A DNA stretch of 28,697 bases from a virus (Duplodnaviria; Caudoviricetes). Below are positions 1-9,316 of the stretch, in pieces. How positions within the stretch are numbered: the first letter of the stretch is position 1; every line of letters begins with the position of its first letter. Made by a program: the position numbers and the translations under genes. The stretch covers positions 1 through 28,697 of IMG/VR virus record IMGVR_UViG_3300030492_000013. The stretch is one strand, 5' to 3'. The notes below the pieces were generated by a model that was not told where the DNA came from, did not search any database, and worked only from the letters and a program-made list of their open reading frames with translations.

Positions 1-166
1 CGACGTGTTGCGGGAGGACGGCACAGACCTGGACGCCTACATCGAAGAGCGCAGCAGCGAGCTGTCCAAGCTCAAGGCCGCTGGCATCGTGGTTGACACC
101 GACGCCGCCGTCACCGAATTGGGCCTCACCGGCGCCGATGTCCTGCAACACCCCGCCACCCCGTAA
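1..166 (+). CDS. 3' end of probable phage portal protein (lambda-like), partial
   Basis: Frame from nt 2 reads DVLREDGTDLDAYIEERSSELSKLKAAGIVVDTD...P* and ends at TAA 164-166. Resembles lambda-type portal C-termini and lies directly upstream of the capsid gene. Confidence 0.6.
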   Translation, partial: DVLREDGTDLDAYIEERSSELSKLKAAGIVVDTDAAVTELGLTGADVLQHPATP

Positions 167-186
167 CCCTGCACTGAAAGACTCCC

Positions 187-2361
187 ATGCCAACCATTGC
201 TCAAGAACACCCTCAGGCTCGATCCTCCATCATGCCGATGGCGAGCCTTCAAATGGCTGTGCGCAACTTCACCCGCGCCGATCCAGCTGATGGCGAAACA
301 TCCACTGCCCCAGCAGCCCGTTTTGAGATTGTCTTTACAACTGGTGCAGCAGTGCGCCGGTATGACTGGCAAAACGGCCGCTACTACATGGAGCAGCTCG
401 AAGTCACACCAGAGGCTGTCAACCTTGACCGAATGCAGCGCGGTGTCTCGTTTCTCAATGCCCATTCGGCCTGGAGTCTGGAAGACATCATCGGTGTGGT
501 CGATCAGCCCGAAATTTCAAACGGTATCGGCACCGCTCAAGCGCAACTGAGCCGCCGTGAAAGTGTGCGCGGCATCGTCCAAGACTTGGAAGACCGCGTC
601 ATTCGTCACGTTTCCGTCGGTTATGCCCGCGACGCCATTGAAATGGTCGAGCCAAGCGAAGCCACTGGAATGTGGATCTATCGAGTCAAACGCTGGACAC
701 CTATGGAAGTGTCTCCCGTCCCAATCCAAGCAGACATGGATTGTGAGATCCGCAGCGAAGGCGGCCGTTTGCTTGACAGAGAAGGCCGCGAGATTCGCGC
801 CTACCCCTGCCTCATCACCGTTGCAGAAACACCCCAACAGCGCGCCGCTGCCCCCGCAGCAGCGCCACACACTCCCGCGGCGGGAGACCCAGCCGAACCC
901 CTCACTACTTTAGGAGCTACCATGCCAGGACAATCCCAGCAAGACGGCAGCGGCACCCCAGCCGCTACCAACGACAACGCCAACCGCGCAGCGCCCCAAG
1001 CCCCCGCGCCAACTGCAGATGCAGCCCGCGCCGCAGGCATCCAGGCCGAGCGCACCCGTGCTGCCGACATCCGCAGCGCTGCCCAGGCCGCCCGTGCCAC
1101 CCTGGGCGAGGCTGACGCCAACGCCCTAGCCACCCGCCTGATCGACGCGGGCGTCGGCATTGATGAAGCCCGCGCCCAGATCCTCACCGCTTTGTCCGAG
1201 CGCAGCAACGGCAACGCATCGCGCGGCGCGGCGAACCTGCGCACTGAGCGCGATGAGGTCGACACCCTGCGCCAACGCATGAGCGACGCCCTTGTCCTTC
1301 GCGCCGCCCCCGACGAAACCAAACGCCGGGGCATCACAATCGACGCAGAAGGCGCCCGCAACTTCCGTGGCATGGATCTGCTTGACATGGCCCGGCGTTG
1401 CATCGCCGCTGCCGGTGGCAATGCCGACGGCATGAGCCGCCGCGAGATCGCCCTGGCTGCCATGAACCTCGACCAAGACGCTATGCGTTCTGCAGGCATG
1501 CACGGCACCAGCGACTTCACCAACCTCATGGCCAGCACCGTCAACCGCAGCCTGCGGGCCGCGTATGAAGCCGCCCCGCGCACCTTCACCGCCTGGGCCA
1601 GCCAGTCCACCAACAAGGACTTCCGTGAAAAAGCCGTGTTGCAACTCAGCGGCATGAGTCAGTTCAAAAAGGTCAATGAAGGTGCCGAGTACAAGTACCT
1701 CAGCTTCAGTGACTCGTCTGAAAAGTACAGCCTCTCCAAATACGGCGGCATCATCGCCATCACCTGGGAGTCGATCATCAATGACGACCTCAGTGGTTTC
1801 GCCCGCATCCCCACCATGATCAGTGAAGAGGCTACGGCGCTCGAGGGCGATCTGGTTTACGCCGCGCTGATCGGCAACCCCACCATGTCCGACACCGTCG
1901 GCCTGTTTGATGCCCAGCACGGAAACCTGCTCGCTGGTGCAGCAATCACAGACGTGACGCTTGGCCTGGCCCGCGCTGCCATGCGCAAGCAAACCGGCGC
2001 CAATGGTCGTGTGCTCAACCTGGCACCTGACATCTTGATCGTCGGCCCAGACAACGAAGCCGCCGCGCTCAAGTACACCAGCTCCAACTTTGTGGCTGCC
2101 AAGGGTGTGGACATCAATCCCGCGTTCAACACCTCGCTGAGCGTGGTGGTGGACAACCGGGTCACCGGCAACCAGTGGTATCTAGCGGCCACCCCGGCCC
2201 GGGTTGACACCGTGGAGTATTCGTACCTTGAAGGCGAGTCCGGTCTCTTCACCACCCGGCGCGAAGGCTTCGAGGTGGACGGTGTCGAGATCAAAGCCCG
2301 CCACGTCTTTGCCGCCAAAGCCATCGACTGGCGCGGTGTTCAGAAAAACCCGGGCAACTGA
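187..2361 (+). CDS. Prohead protease / major capsid protein fusion
   Basis: 724 aa. N-terminal HK97-type protease-like region (FLNAHS, RHVSVGY, WTPMEVSPVPIQAD), Ala/Pro-rich scaffold-like linker, C-terminal capsid domain (TSDF...NRSL, VNEGAEY, IINDDL, DWRG). Confidence 0.85.
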   Translation: MPTIAQEHPQARSSIMPMASLQMAVRNFTRADPADGETSTAPAARFEIVFTTGAAVRRYDWQNGRYYMEQLEVTPEAVNLDRMQRGVSFLNAHSAWSLEDIIGVVDQPEISNGIGTAQAQLSRRESVRGIVQDLEDRVIRHVSVGYARDAIEMVEPSEATGMWIYRVKRWTPMEVSPVPIQADMDCEIRSEGGRLLDREGREIRAYPCLITVAETPQQRAAAPAAAPHTPAAGDPAEPLTTLGATMPGQSQQDGSGTPAATNDNANRAAPQAPAPTADAARAAGIQAERTRAADIRSAAQAARATLGEADANALATRLIDAGVGIDEARAQILTALSERSNGNASRGAANLRTERDEVDTLRQRMSDALVLRAAPDETKRRGITIDAEGARNFRGMDLLDMARRCIAAAGGNADGMSRREIALAAMNLDQDAMRSAGMHGTSDFTNLMASTVNRSLRAAYEAAPRTFTAWASQSTNKDFREKAVLQLSGMSQFKKVNEGAEYKYLSFSDSSEKYSLSKYGGIIAITWESIINDDLSGFARIPTMISEEATALEGDLVYAALIGNPTMSDTVGLFDAQHGNLLAGAAITDVTLGLARAAMRKQTGANGRVLNLAPDILIVGPDNEAAALKYTSSNFVAAKGVDINPAFNTSLSVVVDNRVTGNQWYLAATPARVDTVEYSYLEGESGLFTTRREGFEVDGVEIKARHVFAAKAIDWRGVQKNPGN

Positions 2362-2387
2362 TCCATCTGAGCTACCCCATCCGCTTG

Positions 2388-2412
2388 AAGCGCACCTCGG
2401 TGCGCTTTTTTT
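2388..2412 (+). terminator. Rho-independent terminator after the capsid gene
   Basis: AAGCGCAC-CTCG-GTGCGCTT hairpin running into a T7 tract. Confidence 0.75.
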
Positions 2413-2436
2413 CGTACCAATTTTTAGGAAACCATC

Positions 2437-2769
2437 ATGAAAAACTACCAACAAGAAGGTGACAACGTCACCGTCATCGCTCCCTACGCCCTGGCTTCTG
2501 GCGCTGGATGCCTGGTCGGCGCCATTTTCGGCATTGCGGTCAATGCCGCTGCCAGCGGTGCAGAAGCGCAGCTCAAACGCGAAGGCGTTTTCACCCACGC
2601 CAAGGCCTCTGCCGAGGCCTGGACCGTTGGCGCCAAGGTGTACTGGGACAACACCAACAAGGTATTGACAACCACAGCCACCAACAACACCTTGGTGGGC
2701 GCAGCCTGCGCCGTTGCAGCCAACCCCAGCCCCATCGGCACCGTGCTGCTCGACGGCGTCATCCGCTAA
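2437..2769 (+). CDS. DUF2190-family capsid-associated (cement/decoration) protein
   Basis: 110 aa starting MKNYQQEG, with GVF and G.KVYWD motifs; AGGA RBS; follows the capsid gene. Confidence 0.8.
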   Translation: MKNYQQEGDNVTVIAPYALASGAGCLVGAIFGIAVNAAASGAEAQLKREGVFTHAKASAEAWTVGAKVYWDNTNKVLTTTATNNTLVGAACAVAANPSPIGTVLLDGVIR

Positions 2770-2789
2770 ACCTGCACCGCCTGGTTGAC

Positions 2790-3098
2790 ATGTTCGACGC
2801 CTCGTTTTTCATGGCCGCGTTTGAAGATCATGGCATGGCCACCCGCGCCGTGCGGCGCACCGCGCCGCCAGGCAGCACCGGCTTTGTTGTGGGCTTCACA
2901 CGGCCAGAACAGCTCATCTTGGGTGATGCCGTGCAGACCGCGCAGTTTGAGATCGAGTACGCCACCGCTGACGCGCCTGACCTCGCCCTGGGTGAGGGGC
3001 TCACCATCAGCGGCACGCTGTACCGCGTAAACAACGTGCCCCGCAAGCAGGGCGACGGTACGTTCACCCGCGCCGAACTCGAAGAGGCCCGCGCATGA
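2790..3098 (+). CDS. Head-tail joining protein
   Basis: True start probably ATG 2790 (MFDASFF...), 102 aa, C-terminal G..LTISG..YRV...DG motif; typical position. Confidence 0.6.
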   Translation: MFDASFFMAAFEDHGMATRAVRRTAPPGSTGFVVGFTRPEQLILGDAVQTAQFEIEYATADAPDLALGEGLTISGTLYRVNNVPRKQGDGTFTRAELEEARA

Positions 3099-3562
3099 CC
3101 ACCATGATCGACCAGGTGCTTGACGCCTTCATTGCCATCGTCGCCACCACCCCGGAAGCCACTGGCGGCGTGTTTGAAGATCGTGCCCAAGCCTTCACCG
3201 CAGACCAGGCCAACGCCATCAACATTACCCTGCAGGAAGCCGATGGCCGCACCCTGGGCGACAGCTCTCCCGTGCGCAGCGTGCTGGCCACCGTGGTGCA
3301 GGTTGAGCTGGCCATCTACACCCGCGCCGCCATCAGCAGTGCAGGCGTAGAGACCTCTGCCCGCAAGCTGTCTAACCCCATCTGGGCCAGCGCCCATGCC
3401 CGCCTTATGGCCGACCCGACCCTGGGTGGCCTGGCTGCGCGTGTGCGCTGGCGGCGTGCCAGCTGGCGGCGTGAAAACGCTGACGGCACCGCCGGTTGGG
3501 CCAGCCACACCTACGAGATCACCCTCGCCATGCGTGAGCAAAACCTGCTCGCCCCTTTGTAA
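3095..3562 (+). CDS. Tail completion/terminator-like protein
   Basis: 155 aa with LMADPTLGGLA motif; ATGA overlap with the previous gene; precedes the tail tube gene. Confidence 0.55.
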   Translation: MTTMIDQVLDAFIAIVATTPEATGGVFEDRAQAFTADQANAINITLQEADGRTLGDSSPVRSVLATVVQVELAIYTRAAISSAGVETSARKLSNPIWASAHARLMADPTLGGLAARVRWRRASWRRENADGTAGWASHTYEITLAMREQNLLAPL

Positions 3563-3600
3563 ATCACCCTGCGCTTCAAGCGCTTACCGGAGCCATCACC

Positions 3601-4365
3601 ATGATCATTTTCGGAGCAGGCAAGCTCATTGCCGTACCCACCACCGACGCGCTTGGCAATGCCATTGCTGTCCCCACGCCCGTGGTCGTCGCTGTCATGC
3701 AAGACGTCTCGGTTGACTTTGATTACGAGACCAAAACCCTGCATGGCGAGAAGCAATTCGCCGTGGCCATCGCCCGGGGCAAAGCCAAAATCGGCTGGAA
3801 GGCCAAAAGTGGCGACTTCAGTGGCGCCGCCCTGGGTTCCCTGTTCCTGGGCGCCCAGCCTACCGCTGCCCGCAAAGGTGCCGTAGTTGATGAGGCTAAA
3901 ACCATCCCGTCCGCCACCACCTACACCATCACCATTGCACCGCCCTCCAGTGGTGTTTTTGCCACCGATCTCGGGGTTATCAATGCCGTCACTGGCCAGC
4001 AAATGACGCGCGTAAGCAGCGCCCCAACAGCGGGGCAATACAGCCTTAATGTGGCCACTGGCATCTACACCTTTGCTGCTGCTGACGCCAGCGTGCCCGT
4101 GCTCATCAGTTACGAGTACAGCATCGCCAGCAGCGCCACCAGCAGCCTTTTCTCCATCAGCAATCAGTTGATGGGCTACACGCCCACTTTCAGCGCCATC
4201 TTTTACAACCAGTACGCAGGCAAAACGCTGGCCATGAAGCTCAACAGCAACGTGCTTGGCAAGCTCTCCCTGCCGTTCAAAAACGACGACTTCACCACCA
4301 ACGACCTGGACGCTGAAGCCTTTGCCGACGCATCGGGCAACGTCGGCTACATCTGCCAGTACTGA
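3601..4365 (+). CDS. Major tail tube protein
   Basis: 254 aa, beta-rich (QDVSVDF..ETKTLHGEKQFAVAIARGK), GGAG RBS, upstream of chaperones and tape measure. Confidence 0.7.
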   Translation: MIIFGAGKLIAVPTTDALGNAIAVPTPVVVAVMQDVSVDFDYETKTLHGEKQFAVAIARGKAKIGWKAKSGDFSGAALGSLFLGAQPTAARKGAVVDEAKTIPSATTYTITIAPPSSGVFATDLGVINAVTGQQMTRVSSAPTAGQYSLNVATGIYTFAAADASVPVLISYEYSIASSATSSLFSISNQLMGYTPTFSAIFYNQYAGKTLAMKLNSNVLGKLSLPFKNDDFTTNDLDAEAFADASGNVGYICQY

Positions 4366-4367
4366 TC

Positions 4368-4787
4368 ATGACCCAATCCACCCCCACCTTTGCCTCAGTG
4401 CAAAACTTGCTTGACGGTGTGGCTATCACGCTTGCTGGCACCGCCTACATCCTGCCGCCGTGCAGCCTGGCCACGCTCAAGCGCAACGCCAAAGGCATCG
4501 ACGCCTTTGCCAAGCAGGGCGGCAGTTTCAATCTGTCAGAGTCAGCCATCGACACCATCAATGCCGTGGTGCATGAGGCGCTCAAGCGCAACTACCCCGA
4601 CATCACCGCCGAGTTTGTAGCCGAGAACCTGGGCCTGGACGTCATCATGGAAACCTTCCAGGCCGCCATGGATGTCTCTGGCCTCATGCGCAAAGCCAAG
4701 CAGGCCACCACCAGCACCAGCCCCGCCGCCCAGGAGGGCGGCACGCTGGGGGAATCAACTGGGACCGCATCACCGCCCACATCGTGA
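4368..4787 (+). CDS. Tail assembly chaperone (gpG-like)
   Basis: 139 aa between tail tube and tape measure; G GGG GAA run near its 3' end. Confidence 0.7.
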   Translation: MTQSTPTFASVQNLLDGVAITLAGTAYILPPCSLATLKRNAKGIDAFAKQGGSFNLSESAIDTINAVVHEALKRNYPDITAEFVAENLGLDVIMETFQAAMDVSGLMRKAKQATTSTSPAAQEGGTLGESTGTASPPTS

Positions 4788-5095
4788 GCGGCACGGGCTG
4801 GACGTGGCAGCACGCCCAGCACCATTGCGACCTGCCCATGTACTTCGCCTTGTGCGATTGGTGGCGTGAGGTCCCACCCGCAGCCATCCAACTGCGGCGC
4901 ATTGCCTCATTTATCGGCCTCAAGCCCGATGCCCAGCCCGGCACCCCGCGCCTGGCTGCTGCAACAGGCCCGGCTAGCAGCGAGCAAGACGTCGCCATGG
5001 CCGCAGCCATGGCAGGCATCCCCGCCTTTGATGGCCGCCCCGCTGACCCGATGCTGGACCTGATCCCCCCGGCACCCATCGCCTCGCCCCTCTGA
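4748..5095 (+). CDS. gpT-like extension, probably made by -1 frameshift from the chaperone gene
   Basis: The -1 frame after GGGGGAA (4748-4754) reads GINWDRITAHIVSGTGWTW... to a stop at 5095, with no ATG at its 5' end. Confidence 0.65.
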   Translation, partial: GGINWDRITAHIVSGTGWTWQHAQHHCDLPMYFALCDWWREVPPAAIQLRRIASFIGLKPDAQPGTPRLAAATGPASSEQDVAMAAAMAGIPAFDGRPADPMLDLIPPAPIASPL

Positions 5096-5116
5096 TCCTC
5101 AAATTGCTAACCCACC

Positions 5117-7408
5117 ATGGCCACACAAAACACCACCGGCTTTCAGGTCGACGCCAATATCAACCCGTTTGAGCAGGCCATGCGCCGCATGGTCAGCGCA
5201 TCGCGTGAGTCATCCGCAAGCATCAACAAAGCGCTTGGTGTGATTGGTGTCAGTTTGTCTGTGACCGCATTCACAATGTGGATTCGAGGCGCTGTTGATG
5301 CCGCTGACGAGACTTCAAAGCTGGCACAAAAAACAGGTCTGGCTGTCAACCAGGTCGCTGGGTTAAAACTGGCATATGAACAGGCAGGCGCGGGTGACTC
5401 ATTTGCAAGCAGCATAGCCAAGCTTTCAAAAAGTGTGGTTGATGGCAGCAAATCCTTCGAGGCCATGGGCATCAATGTGCGAAACAGCGATGGCACGCTC
5501 AAGACAAGTCGGCAAGTCATTGGGGAGGTGGCAGATAAATTTTCCTCATACCGTGACGGCATCGAAAAAACAGCACTTGCGCAAGAAATATTTGGTAAGT
5601 CAGGTGCGGAACTTATTCCTTTGTTAAACGGCGGTGCTGCAGCCCTTGATGAATACGATGCCATGGCCGCGAAGTTGGGCTTAACTATCGAAGAATCCAC
5701 TGCCGAACAAGCCGAAAAATTTAACGACACGCTTGATTTGGTAAGTCAAGGCACAAAAGGCTTATCGACTCAGATTGCTGCCCAACTTCTGCCAACGCTT
5801 TCCAGCTTGGCTGATCAGTTTTTCACAAGCATGTCAAGTGGCGACAAGCTCAAAAACACGGCGACCATTCTGTCAACAGCTATGAAGGGGCTGTACATAT
5901 CGGGGCTGGCAGTGGTAGAGACTTTCAGCACGGTTGGCACAGTTCTGGGTGGCGTTTCTGCCGCAATCTTTGCAGCTGTCACAGGCAACTTCTCTGGGGC
6001 GATGGACATCATCAGCGGTCTCAAAAACGATATCGCCAGCGATTGGAAGACAACGCTTAGCGAAATTGATGCAGCCTGGAACGCCACCGGCAGCAATGCC
6101 GTTGAAAACATGGCTAAGCTGAGGAACGCAGGTAAAAACTCAGCACCAGAAACACCGTCTGAAAAAAAAGAGAAGAAAGAAAAAAAAGAAGAAAGCGCCA
6201 TCCCCTCCTATGAAGCTGCCTTGGCCGCCCGCAAGATCGTCTTTGAAAAAGAAAACACTCTGCGCGAGTTCAGCAAGCAGCAAGAACTTGACTACTGGAA
6301 AGGCGTTTTAGCAGACGACGAGATCAGCAGCAAAGACCGCATCAAAATCCTCATCAAAACCGGCAAGCTTGAACTGGACATCCTGCGCCAAAACGCCAAG
6401 GACAAGGCCCAGATCCAGCAGCTCCATGCCGAAGACCACAAGGCCGAAACGCTCGACTATGTCAACGAGCTTGAAGCCCGCGCCGCCTACGAGCGCGATA
6501 TGGGTGTCACCACCCAGGCCGACTACCTGGCTCGCCAGCAAGGCTTCAATCAGTTGCGCTTGCAGGCCGAGTTGGACTTCATCCAGCAAAAAATCACTGC
6601 TGCTCAAGCTGACCCCGATGCCAACGTGGTGGCGCTTGAGCAGTTGGAGATGCAGAAGCTTGAGATCAAGCGCAAGTACAAAGCGCTCGAACTCAATCTG
6701 GATCGTCAGGCCGCGCTTGAAAAAACTGCGCAACAGCGTGACATGTTTGCCAACATCCGCAGCGCCTCAGAAAACAGCCTGGCAAGCATGCTACAAGGCA
6801 CGCTGACGTTGCAAAAAGGCCTTCAAGCCGTTTGGAACGCGGTGCTGCAAGGCTTTACCCAAATGATCGCCAAGCAAGTGATCGCCTGGGCGCTAGGTGA
6901 AAACTCGAAGACCGGCGCCACCGTCGCGGGCAATGCTACGCGAACAGCGTCTGACTGGATGGCGGCCACCAAGTCGGTGGCTGCCAACGCTTGGGCCGCT
7001 GTCAAAAACATCGCCATCAAAGCCTGGGAGGTGGCCGCCGCTGTTTATGCCGCCATCGCTGCCATCCCGATGGTTGGACCCTTTCTCGCCCCGGCGCTAG
7101 CGGTCGCAGCAACTGGCGTGGTGCTGGGATATGCCGCAAATATCGCCAGTGCCTCGCAAGGCTTTGACATCCCCGCCGGGCTCAATCCGCTCACCCAACT
7201 GCACGAGCAAGAAATGGTGCTGCCCGCCGAACACGCCAACGTCATCCGCAGTCTGGCAGACGGCGGGCAGGGCGGTGGCGAGACTGAACCCCGTGAGCTG
7301 AACGTGACCATCGCCGCGCACCCTATGCCGGGCAATTACTTCATGGCGCACCAGAGTCAGCTTGTGGCGGCCCTTAAAAAAGCCCACAGAAACATGGCAT
7401 TTTCATGA
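5117..7408 (+). CDS. Tail tape measure protein
   Basis: 763 aa, Ala-rich and helical, ALAQEIFGKSGAELIPLLN motif, C-terminal LHEQEMVLP; canonical position. Confidence 0.9.
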   Translation: MATQNTTGFQVDANINPFEQAMRRMVSASRESSASINKALGVIGVSLSVTAFTMWIRGAVDAADETSKLAQKTGLAVNQVAGLKLAYEQAGAGDSFASSIAKLSKSVVDGSKSFEAMGINVRNSDGTLKTSRQVIGEVADKFSSYRDGIEKTALAQEIFGKSGAELIPLLNGGAAALDEYDAMAAKLGLTIEESTAEQAEKFNDTLDLVSQGTKGLSTQIAAQLLPTLSSLADQFFTSMSSGDKLKNTATILSTAMKGLYISGLAVVETFSTVGTVLGGVSAAIFAAVTGNFSGAMDIISGLKNDIASDWKTTLSEIDAAWNATGSNAVENMAKLRNAGKNSAPETPSEKKEKKEKKEESAIPSYEAALAARKIVFEKENTLREFSKQQELDYWKGVLADDEISSKDRIKILIKTGKLELDILRQNAKDKAQIQQLHAEDHKAETLDYVNELEARAAYERDMGVTTQADYLARQQGFNQLRLQAELDFIQQKITAAQADPDANVVALEQLEMQKLEIKRKYKALELNLDRQAALEKTAQQRDMFANIRSASENSLASMLQGTLTLQKGLQAVWNAVLQGFTQMIAKQVIAWALGENSKTGATVAGNATRTASDWMAATKSVAANAWAAVKNIAIKAWEVAAAVYAAIAAIPMVGPFLAPALAVAATGVVLGYAANIASASQGFDIPAGLNPLTQLHEQEMVLPAEHANVIRSLADGGQGGGETEPRELNVTIAAHPMPGNYFMAHQSQLVAALKKAHRNMAFS

Positions 7409-8004
7409 GTAACGCTGTTTTCCCCACGCTCCCCGGTTTAGCTTGGGGCACGGTCCGCCAGCCCATCTGGTCGACCACAAAAAAGACTTCGGTCAGCCAG
7501 CGCGAATACCGTGTGGCCAACATGGTGTTTCCTCGATACCGGTACAAGCTGTCATTCACTGTTTTGCGCCAGACCACTGGTTTTACAGAGTTCTCAACGC
7601 TGGTCGGGTTTTTCAACGCCCGCAACGGCTCATTCGACTCATTTCTGTACACCGACCCTGACGACAACACTGTTACAGCTCAAGTTTTGGGTATAGGTGA
7701 TGGATCTAACAAGCTGTTTCAGTTGGTACGCACATTTGGTGGTTTTGTCGAGCCTGTTTATGACGCCAACAGTGCCCCGCTCATTTATTGGGATGGTGTA
7801 CTCAAGACGTTGGGCACGCACTACACACTTGGGGCCACAGGCCAGGTAACTTTTGTGGCCGCGCCTGGCGCAGGCGTGGTTGTCACCTGGTCGGGCACCT
7901 ACTACAGGCGCATGTGTTTTGCCCAAGACACGGCAGACTTCTCAAAGTTCCTGGCCAATCTGTGGGAGCTGAAAACGCTTGAGATGGTGACGGTGCTGCC
8001 ATGA
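7405..8004 (+). CDS. Distal tail protein (DUF2460 family)
   Basis: 199 aa with FFNARNG..DSFLY.DP.D and GDG...FQLVRTFGG motifs; directly after tape measure. Confidence 0.8.
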   Translation: MSNAVFPTLPGLAWGTVRQPIWSTTKKTSVSQREYRVANMVFPRYRYKLSFTVLRQTTGFTEFSTLVGFFNARNGSFDSFLYTDPDDNTVTAQVLGIGDGSNKLFQLVRTFGGFVEPVYDANSAPLIYWDGVLKTLGTHYTLGATGQVTFVAAPGAGVVVTWSGTYYRRMCFAQDTADFSKFLANLWELKTLEMVTVLP

Positions 8005-8873
8005 GATCAGCTTCATGGGAAACCAGCCCAGGCGCTTTGGCTGCGTTCTTGAATTCGACGACGCAGGCCTACATGGCCGATCTGTTCACCATCACGCTGT
8101 CGGGTGGCACAGTGCTGCGCTACACCTCTGCGCAAGTGGCAGTGACAGTGAACGCGCTCACTTACGCCGTTGGCCCGGTCATTACGCGTGGCAAAACCAA
8201 GCTGGCCGTTGGCGTGGCAGTCGATACGCTAGACCTGTCTATTTCGGCGGACGCCAGTGTCAATGTCAACGGCACGCCTCTGCTGCAGTTCATCGCGGCG
8301 GGCGGTTTTGATGGGGCCAAGCTGGTGCTGGAGCGCGCTTTTTCAAGCGGCCCTGGTGCGGCTTGGGTGGGTGCTTTGCCCTTGTTCCAAGGCAGCATCA
8401 GCGGCCCGCAGACATCGCGCTACACCGCCAGCATGACTGTCAACAGTGACAGCGAGTTGTTGAATGTGATGGTGCCACGCAATGTGTACCAGCCAGGGTG
8501 CAGCAACACGCTGTTTGACCCAACCTGTGGTCTAGCCAAGGCTGCTTATGCGTTGGCTGTCACCGCCACATCAGCAACAGACGCCACCCGCACCGTCTTT
8601 AGCAGTGCGCGTGGTGAGGCAGCGGGCTACTTTGCGTTGGGCTGGTTGGTGGGTGTAACGGGCGCCAATGCAGGCGTCGGGCGCACTGTCAAGGCGTTCG
8701 CGGTGGGCACCTTCCAGGCCATCCAGCCTTGGCCCGCACCGGTAGCCGCCGGCGACACGTTCACCGGTTACCCAGGCTGCGACAAGACACAAGCGACATG
8801 CACCGCAAAGTTTGCCAACGTGGCCCGGTTTCGTGGCCACCCCTACGTGCCCGCACCCGAAAGCATTACATGA
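8001..8873 (+). CDS. Baseplate hub protein (DUF2163 / BR0599 type)
   Basis: 290 aa with Cys motifs C.NTLFD..CGL and GCDKT..TC..KF.N..RFRG.PYVP. Confidence 0.85.
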   Translation: MRSASWETSPGALAAFLNSTTQAYMADLFTITLSGGTVLRYTSAQVAVTVNALTYAVGPVITRGKTKLAVGVAVDTLDLSISADASVNVNGTPLLQFIAAGGFDGAKLVLERAFSSGPGAAWVGALPLFQGSISGPQTSRYTASMTVNSDSELLNVMVPRNVYQPGCSNTLFDPTCGLAKAAYALAVTATSATDATRTVFSSARGEAAGYFALGWLVGVTGANAGVGRTVKAFAVGTFQAIQPWPAPVAAGDTFTGYPGCDKTQATCTAKFANVARFRGHPYVPAPESIT

Positions 8874-9316
8874 CAAGCGACCAACACCAGGCATTGCAAC
8901 GCCAAGCGGTTGCAAAAGAAGCCGAGTCCTGGCTAGAAACCCCATACCACCACCATGCTCGCATCAAAGGCGTGGGCGTGGACTGTGCGCAGTTTCTGTG
9001 CGCGGTGTACGAAAACACCGGCCTTATCCCGCCCGTCGATCCCGGCACCTATGCCGTTGATTGGCACCTTCACCACTCTGAAGAAAAGTTCAGCGGCTGG
9101 ATGGAAAAGTACGCCCACCTGCAAGCGCCTGGAACGCCGCTTGGGCTTGGTGATGTGGTGTTGTGGAAATATGGCCGCTGCTTCTCGCACGGCTCAATCT
9201 ACGTTGGCGACGGCATTTTTGTGCACAGCTACCTGCGCCTGGGCGTGATCAAGTCCCGCGCCGCGGAAGAACCACTGTGTGGGCGTGAGCTGCAGCACTG
9301 GAGTTTTTGGTCATGA
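8870..9316 (+). CDS. NlpC/P60 tail-associated peptidase
   Basis: Start ATG 8870 (ATGA overlap); W..TPYHH.ARIKGVGVDC and SHGSIY..FVHS catalytic motifs. Confidence 0.85.
   Translation: MTSDQHQALQRQAVAKEAESWLETPYHHHARIKGVGVDCAQFLCAVYENTGLIPPVDPGTYAVDWHLHHSEEKFSGWMEKYAHLQAPGTPLGLGDVVLWKYGRCFSHGSIYVGDGIFVHSYLRLGVIKSRAAEEPLCGRELQHWSFWS

Noticed and set aside
801-2324. Long antisense ORFs over the capsid gene (and similar ones over the endolysin, ParB and RT genes)
   Set aside because: Shadow ORFs expected in high-GC coding DNA, with no recognisable motifs.
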